Position numbers and translations under genes: made by a program
In this document: positions 58,930 through 64,000 of the stretch, one piece after another
Position numbering within the stretch: the first letter of the stretch is position 1
Layout: every line of letters starts with the position of its first letter
Notes under the pieces: model-generated
Databases searched by the model: none
The model's input: only the letters and a program-made list of their open reading frames with translations
Told to the model about the DNA's origin: nothing
Source: Candidatus Campbellbacteria bacterium GW2011_OD1_34_28
GTDB taxonomy: Bacteria; Patescibacteriota; Minisyncoccia; Phycocordibacterales; UBA12079
DNA: 64,000 nucleotides
Reading direction: 5' to 3'
Assembly (NCBI GenBank): GCA_001029775.1
Contig: CP011215.1
Coordinates: forward strand, 123,187 to 187,186

Positions 58930-59000
58930 TGCGGATAGGGAGAATCGAACTCCCGACTCATCCTTGGCAAGGACGTATTTTACCACTAAACCATATCCGC
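58930..59000 (-). tRNA. tRNA-Gly(GCC), CCA not encoded
   Basis: GCGGATA acceptor, anticodon loop TT-GCC-AA, GGGAGTTCGATTCTCCC T-arm. Confidence 0.95.
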
Positions 59001-59158
59001 GATTATTCAGTTTTTAGTCATTAGTTTTTAGTGTTTAGAGATAGTAAATAAAAAAACAAAAACTAACATCAACCAGTATAAGATATTTTGGGCTTTTTTT
59101 CAAATTTAAAAACCCCCGGATATGCTTTACGCATACAACCGAAGGGTTTGTTTGTGCC

Positions 59159-59362
59159 CTATTTTTCAAGGGCTTTTTTCTTTATGTGGTCGCCGAGACC
59201 ATGCGAGAGATTCCTCGCACAAATCGCGGAAACCGCACTTTTTGTGGCTACGGCACGAAGATCATCGTCCCGTTCGGCCAATTCGACTTGGGCCTGTGCA
59301 GATTCCTCTGCACTTCCATTTCGAATGACAGAGTACAACTCCTCGCGTGTCTTCTTTTTCAT
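59159..59362 (-). CDS. Small hypothetical protein
   Basis: AAGGAGGT SD; follows 59373-60128. Confidence 0.6.
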   Translation of the reverse strand: MKKKTREELYSVIRNGSAEESAQAQVELAERDDDLRAVATKSAVSAICARNLSHGLGDHIKKKALEK

Positions 59363-59372
59363 ACAAACCTCC

Positions 59373-60128
59373 TTAAAAAAAATCGGTGATTTTTGAAGTA
59401 TATTTACGATCCAACTGCTCGTAATATTTCTCTTCGCCAGTCAGTACTGCGAGTACAAACAATGTTCTCGCACACGGTCGTCGCCGGAGACATTCGTCCA
59501 CAACCCCAACCGTATCAAGACCAAGCTCTGCCATCGGGCCACAGATGTTTTCCTGCACCAACGACATGCTAGGACACATTTCCTCTGCTTCCCACAGGAG
59601 GTCCAACTTTTTCCGCGGGTTGGTTTCCGTGTGTGACTCTGATACCGTCACCGCAGAGGCAACTCCTTCCCAAATCGGGAATGTTGCTACTTCTGGATGA
59701 AAAATATCACAACCCAGTTGAATACTCAACGGTTCAAATTGCTGTCCGTCTATCACAACCACAAGATGTGGTTCTTCATACATGAGCAATTCACTCATGA
59801 ATGAAGGATCCAAACTCTTGGATCGATTCTCGAACAGCATCTGAACCATCATTTCCGCTAAATAGTTTCTGCGAACCTCCCCCAACTCCACACGAGCTGA
59901 AGGGAAATGTTTTTCAACAACCGCTGCCGCCTGAGCTGCACGCCCGAGACAGCTTCGCTTGTCAACTGAAAGATTCAGTTTAACAAACTCCTCTTGGCTA
60001 TATTGCAGACTAACCGCAGATACGCCAAAATTGATTGTTTTCAGAGTTTCCGTTGGAGTATCTCTCTCGACATACTCCAACGACTCTATCCCAACATATG
60101 CCAGCCTTTTCGCCGTTAAAGCATCCAT
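59373..60128 (-). CDS. Hypothetical protein, possible transglutaminase-like Cys/His core
   Basis: SCLGRA...EPHLVVVIDG..FEP; GGAGGT SD; higher GC than its neighbours. Confidence 0.65.
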   Translation of the reverse strand: MDALTAKRLAYVGIESLEYVERDTPTETLKTINFGVSAVSLQYSQEEFVKLNLSVDKRSCLGRAAQAAAVVEKHFPSARVELGEVRRNYLAEMMVQMLFENRSKSLDPSFMSELLMYEEPHLVVVIDGQQFEPLSIQLGCDIFHPEVATFPIWEGVASAVTVSESHTETNPRKKLDLLWEAEEMCPSMSLVQENICGPMAELGLDTVGVVDECLRRRPCARTLFVLAVLTGEEKYYEQLDRKYTSKITDFF

Positions 60129-60381
60129 AAAAAACCTCCACAAAGAAAATTATGTATGTAAATGTTCTGTTATTACCCTTTTACAATTATATAACAAATT
60201 CAATCTAGTGTCAATCTATGTGGCTGAATTCTAACTTGAATGTAAACTGGCATAAACCGCCCGAATAGAGTGGTTTTCACTTTATAAACTTTAAAAACTT
60301 TTACTTATTGACACAAACAGTCAAAAAAAGTAGTCTCTATGATAGAAACCGCCTGTTTAAATATATTTAACAACCGAGGAG

Positions 60382-60735
60382 ATGTTTATGGGCAACCAGA
60401 TCAAAGTCACCTATGTCTTGTGGGTGGGGGTCGTTTTAAGTATAGACGAACCCCCTTTTCCAAATACACCCGGTTTATTAGGATTAGGTGGAAGCGAATT
60501 TCTTGATGAAATTAAAAGAAAGAAACTTGATTTTTCAATCATAGACTCCGGCTCTCTTGGAGTCATAATAGAAAAAACTGAGTGGGAAAATAAGATTGGA
60601 AAGAAAAACAGATTCAACCTCAGCAATCTTTCCAAAGCAGAAAGGGTCTGCAAAAGAATAAACAAAATCTTCGCAGAATTTAATATTTCATTAGATGCTA
60701 AAATTTATCATCATACAGAAATAAAATTGATATAA
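60382..60735 (+). CDS. Hypothetical protein
   Basis: TTGACA promoter at ~60308, GAGGAG SD, downstream terminator. Confidence 0.65.
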   Translation: MFMGNQIKVTYVLWVGVVLSIDEPPFPNTPGLLGLGGSEFLDEIKRKKLDFSIIDSGSLGVIIEKTEWENKIGKKNRFNLSNLSKAERVCKRINKIFAEFNISLDAKIYHHTEIKLI

Positions 60736-61037
60736 ATAAGCACAACAAATAATAAAAGGGCTTCGCAAGAAGCCCGTTTTTTTATTTGCTATCTTCCTTC
60801 AAAATTACAAAATCTACGCGACCGCGTAAATTTTGTAATTTATTTTAAGATTCCTTTTATTCGTATTTTTAAATTATAAAATTTATTTCTAAAACCTTGT
60901 CACAAATCTGAAAATTATAATTTCTCCATTTAATCTTTCACATATTTCATATCCTTGATAAAAATATATTTATAGATATAATTAAATTAGGTTAGATCTT
61001 GAAGTTTCCAAAAATATGTAAACATGCGGAGGTGCAA

Positions 61038-61160
61038 ATGGGATCGATGGCCGGAAGCAAAGGGGGCATAAGGGGAAAGTTTAAAGAAGATCTGAAAAAA
61101 TTGAGGAAACAAAAAAATGAACCGGCGACAAAAAGCGCCAAAGGGGGAGCCAAAAAATAG
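61038..61160 (+). CDS. 40-aa Lys/Gly-rich micro-protein
   Basis: GGAGGTG SD; MGSMAGSKGGIRGKFKEDLKKLRKQKNEPATKSAKGGAKK*; terminator overlaps the stop. Confidence 0.6.
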   Translation: MGSMAGSKGGIRGKFKEDLKKLRKQKNEPATKSAKGGAKK

Positions 61161-61229
61161 GGGCTTGCCCCTATTTTTTTATTTTAGTTTTTCTACTCAC
61201 TACCCACTACCTGCCAGCAGGCAGGCCCA

Positions 61230-61961
61230 CTAATTAATATTTTTTCCCATAAAAACTTTTTCCAAAATATCACTATTCGTAATATTTTTTGCTGTATCTT
61301 TCGCCACAACCTTTCCTTTATCCAAAACATAAGCACGGTCAGCAACACTTAGAAGAGATTTGATGTTGTGTTCAACTATCATAATTGCTGTTTTGTGTTT
61401 CAAATTTATTTCTTTTATCTTTTCAAAAACTTCTTTAACAACCTTTGGAGCCAGCCCCAAAGAAGGCTCGTCCAAAAGTAAAATTTTTGGATCGGTCATC
61501 AAGCCTCTGGCCAGTGCTAACATTTGTTGTTGCCCACCAGACAAAGTGCCAGACTTTTGTTTTCTTTTTTGTCTTAAAATAGGAAACATCTCCATCATCT
61601 CGTTTATTCTTCTTTTCAATTCTTCTTTATCATTCACGGTAAAACCACCGATCTCCAAATTTTCTTCGACTGTTAAGTGAGAAAAAACCCTCCTTCCTTG
61701 TGGAACAAAAGAAATTCCCTTTTGAATTATTTTGTGCGGAATAGGAATTATTTCATCTTCGTGCCACAAAATTTTTCCAGATTCTATCGGAGCAAGTCCA
61801 AAAAGTGCTTTTAAAACGGTTGATTTGCCTGCGCCGTTTGGACCCATCAAAGCGACGATTTCCCCCTCATCCAGGGCAATATCAACACCATCAAGAGCCT
61901 TCACTCCTCCATAGTGAACTGCAATATTTTTAAGTTGTAATAGTGTTTCGCTATCGTTCAT
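61230..61961 (-). CDS. livF: Branched-chain amino acid ABC transporter ATP-binding protein
   Basis: GPNGAGKST, VPQGRRVF, LSGGQQQMLA, LLDEPSLGLAP. Confidence 0.9.
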   Translation of the reverse strand: MNDSETLLQLKNIAVHYGGVKALDGVDIALDEGEIVALMGPNGAGKSTVLKALFGLAPIESGKILWHEDEIIPIPHKIIQKGISFVPQGRRVFSHLTVEENLEIGGFTVNDKEELKRRINEMMEMFPILRQKRKQKSGTLSGGQQQMLALARGLMTDPKILLLDEPSLGLAPKVVKEVFEKIKEINLKHKTAIMIVEHNIKSLLSVADRAYVLDKGKVVAKDTAKNITNSDILEKVFMGKNIN

Positions 61962-62052
61962 GATTTATGGTTTAAGAATATCCTATTTTTATTCATAAAT
62001 CAAAAACCACCAATACTGGTGGTTTTTGATTTTAAATCCTAAATCTTGTTTA

Positions 62053-63129
62053 CTATTTGATATCTACAAGTTTTCCTCCTTTCCATTCTTGAATCAATGT
62101 TTCAAATTCTGCAATATGGTTATTAAAACCGACAAATCCGATTAAGCTTTCTGCTTTGGTCTTGTCCATTTTTTTAACGACACAACTCATATCATTTTCA
62201 CAATCATCCAATGCATTAACCATTTGTTTTGTGTGGAAATAAGCTTGTGCTATTGCCTGATAACTACCTACTGTCTTTCCTGGAAACTCAGCATTTATTT
62301 TTTCAACAAACTCAGCACTTACTGTTGGCAATCCAAACATAACAGAGTTTTCAAGTAGTTCAGAATAATCTTCAATGATATCTGGTGAAATAATTTCAGA
62401 CAAACCAACAAAAGTAGAATCTATACCCATTTCTCTCATATTTTTCAAAGAAGCCAATGTTTCTGGTTGAAATGAAATATTAAACACAGCGCCAATATCG
62501 TCAGATTTTATTTTCAACAAGTGTGTCTTGAAATCTGTTTCTCCTGCATTATATTCCTCAACCAAAACATTATTTTCTCCAAAAACATTTTTTATACCGC
62601 TTAAACACAAATCTCCAAATTCAAGATTCATTTTTAATACACCTACTTTACTTATCCCTCTATTTTTAATCAGACTAGCGGTTTCGCCACAACTCTTTTC
62701 ATAATCAAGATAAGTTTTGTAAATATTTTGTCCCTCTTGAAGAGGAGAAACTGGAGCAGCGTTATACAAGTGCAGAACATTTTTGTCTTTCAAAAAAGAA
62801 CTTACTGCAATAGCTGCTGGATTAAATTCGCTATAAATAGCATTTACACCATTTATATTAACCAACTTCTGGGCCGAACTTAATGCTACCTTTGGATCAA
62901 GTTGTCCGTCTTCAATCACAAACTCTACATTTATTCCTTCTTCTGCAAGATCTTTTTGGGCCAACTCAATTCCCATTTTAGTTGATTCACCCCAATAAGC
63001 GACTCCGCCTGTTAGAGGTGTAATAACACCTACTTTTATTAAACTATCGTCAGATTTGAAATTGTTAAATGCAAATATCAATATCAAAACAATAATAACC
63101 AACACAACCAAACTTTTTAAATAACTCAT
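62053..63129 (-). CDS. Branched-chain amino acid ABC substrate-binding protein (LivJ/K-like)
   Basis: IKVGVITPLTG..A..G periplasmic binding protein type 1 signature. Confidence 0.85.
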   Translation of the reverse strand: MSYLKSLVVLVIIVLILIFAFNNFKSDDSLIKVGVITPLTGGVAYWGESTKMGIELAQKDLAEEGINVEFVIEDGQLDPKVALSSAQKLVNINGVNAIYSEFNPAAIAVSSFLKDKNVLHLYNAAPVSPLQEGQNIYKTYLDYEKSCGETASLIKNRGISKVGVLKMNLEFGDLCLSGIKNVFGENNVLVEEYNAGETDFKTHLLKIKSDDIGAVFNISFQPETLASLKNMREMGIDSTFVGLSEIISPDIIEDYSELLENSVMFGLPTVSAEFVEKINAEFPGKTVGSYQAIAQAYFHTKQMVNALDDCENDMSCVVKKMDKTKAESLIGFVGFNNHIAEFETLIQEWKGGKLVDIK

Positions 63130-63217
63130 AAATTTATACTAATAATTAATAATCTTTTAATAATCATATATTTTTGTAAAAAACATAATATTGATTTTGA
63201 TATTAGTATAATCTATA

Positions 63218-64000
63218 ATGAGTGAGTGGCAAACACCACCACTGAAACAAGCTGTGTATAACGAAATATTTGAACAATTAGGCCTATCAAAGAATGAGGC
63301 AAAAATATATGAAACCCTTTTAAGAGAGGGTGTTTCTCCTGTTAGTCATATATCTTTAAAAGCGAATATTCACAGAAGAAATGTGTATGATTCAATCAAC
63401 AGACTGATAGAAAAAGGGTTTGTCTTTGAAATTGTCCAAAAAAATGAGAACAACTACAAAGCGGTCAATCCTGATAAGTTGATGGAGTTGATCAAAGAAA
63501 AAGAAGAGATGCTCTCAAAAATAATGCCCGATATAAAAAAATTATATAAGAACAAACCACACCACGAAGATGTCTGTATTTATAAAGGAATTGAGGGTTG
63601 GAAAAACTACATGAAAGATGTTTTGACAACAGGAGAAGATTTGTACACTTTGGGAGGAAAAGGAGCATGGTCAGACAAAAGATTGGATAAATTTTCCGAA
63701 CATATCATTTCAGAATTTAAGAAAAAAGGTATAAAGACGATGGCTTTGTTTGATTATGAAGTGAAAGAGAAAAATTCAGAAATAACAAAAAAAATGAAAG
63801 GTAATTATAAAATATTACCAAAACAATACTCAACATCATCAGCAATAGATATTTTCGGAGATCATATTGTAATTGTATCCGACATTAGCTTGGAAAAAAT
63901 TGATGAAAATTCTTCTTTTACTGTAATAATAAATAAAGATATTGCAGATGCTCTCAGGATCTGGTTTAAATTGATCTGGAATTCTATACCAGAACAAAAA
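63218..64000 (+). CDS. TrmB-family transcriptional regulator (runs off the right edge)
   Basis: Manual translation MSEWQTPPLKQAVYNEIFEQLGLSKNEAKIYETLLREG...IHRRNVYDSINRLIEKG. Confidence 0.85.
   Translation, partial: MSEWQTPPLKQAVYNEIFEQLGLSKNEAKIYETLLREGVSPVSHISLKANIHRRNVYDSINRLIEKGFVFEIVQKNENNYKAVNPDKLMELIKEKEEMLSKIMPDIKKLYKNKPHHEDVCIYKGIEGWKNYMKDVLTTGEDLYTLGGKGAWSDKRLDKFSEHIISEFKKKGIKTMALFDYEVKEKNSEITKKMKGNYKILPKQYSTSSAIDIFGDHIVIVSDISLEKIDENSSFTVIINKDIADALRIWFKLIWNSIPEQK

Noticed and set aside
58156-58938. ORFs of 65-159 aa over the tRNA-Gly mosaic (also 5368-5796, 6634-6879, 16630-17302)
   Set aside because: They translate repeats, palindromes (e.g. CLPAGR) and RNA genes in several overlapping frames; no coding evidence

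Overview
Low-GC bacterial chromosome segment with the hallmarks of a Patescibacteria (CPR, Parcubacteria-like) genome; the lineage is an inference from gene content. The core genes are pilM, comF, recG, ftsH, smpB-ssrA, comEC, rnhA, recJ, pgk, tpiA, a pilB-pilC-minor pilin operon, nusA, tig, clpP, ppaC, rny, HU and a partial liv ABC locus. RNA genes are tRNA-Ser(GCT), a rare tRNA-Ile(TAT), tRNA-Gly(GCC) and tmRNA with a 22-aa tag. No CRISPR array, reverse transcriptase, transposase or integrase gene was seen. The most striking unexplained structure is non-coding. Downstream of tRNA-Gly, tmRNA and tRNA-Ser lie mosaics in which two shared ~110-230 nt cassettes are each bracketed by an antisense and a sense copy of that locus's own tRNA 3' end, broken at the T-loop. 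Other leads: a repeat-bounded XRE/ImmA/micro-protein/RusA module; two giant Cys-rich secreted proteins with an internal second signal peptide and a shared C-terminal IEF motif; MITE-like elements that duplicate start codons; many solo ORFan cassettes with strong Shine-Dalgarno sites among mostly SD-less core genes; and a structured RNA candidate just before ssrA. Coordinates outside the ORF track were counted by hand and may be off by a few bases.
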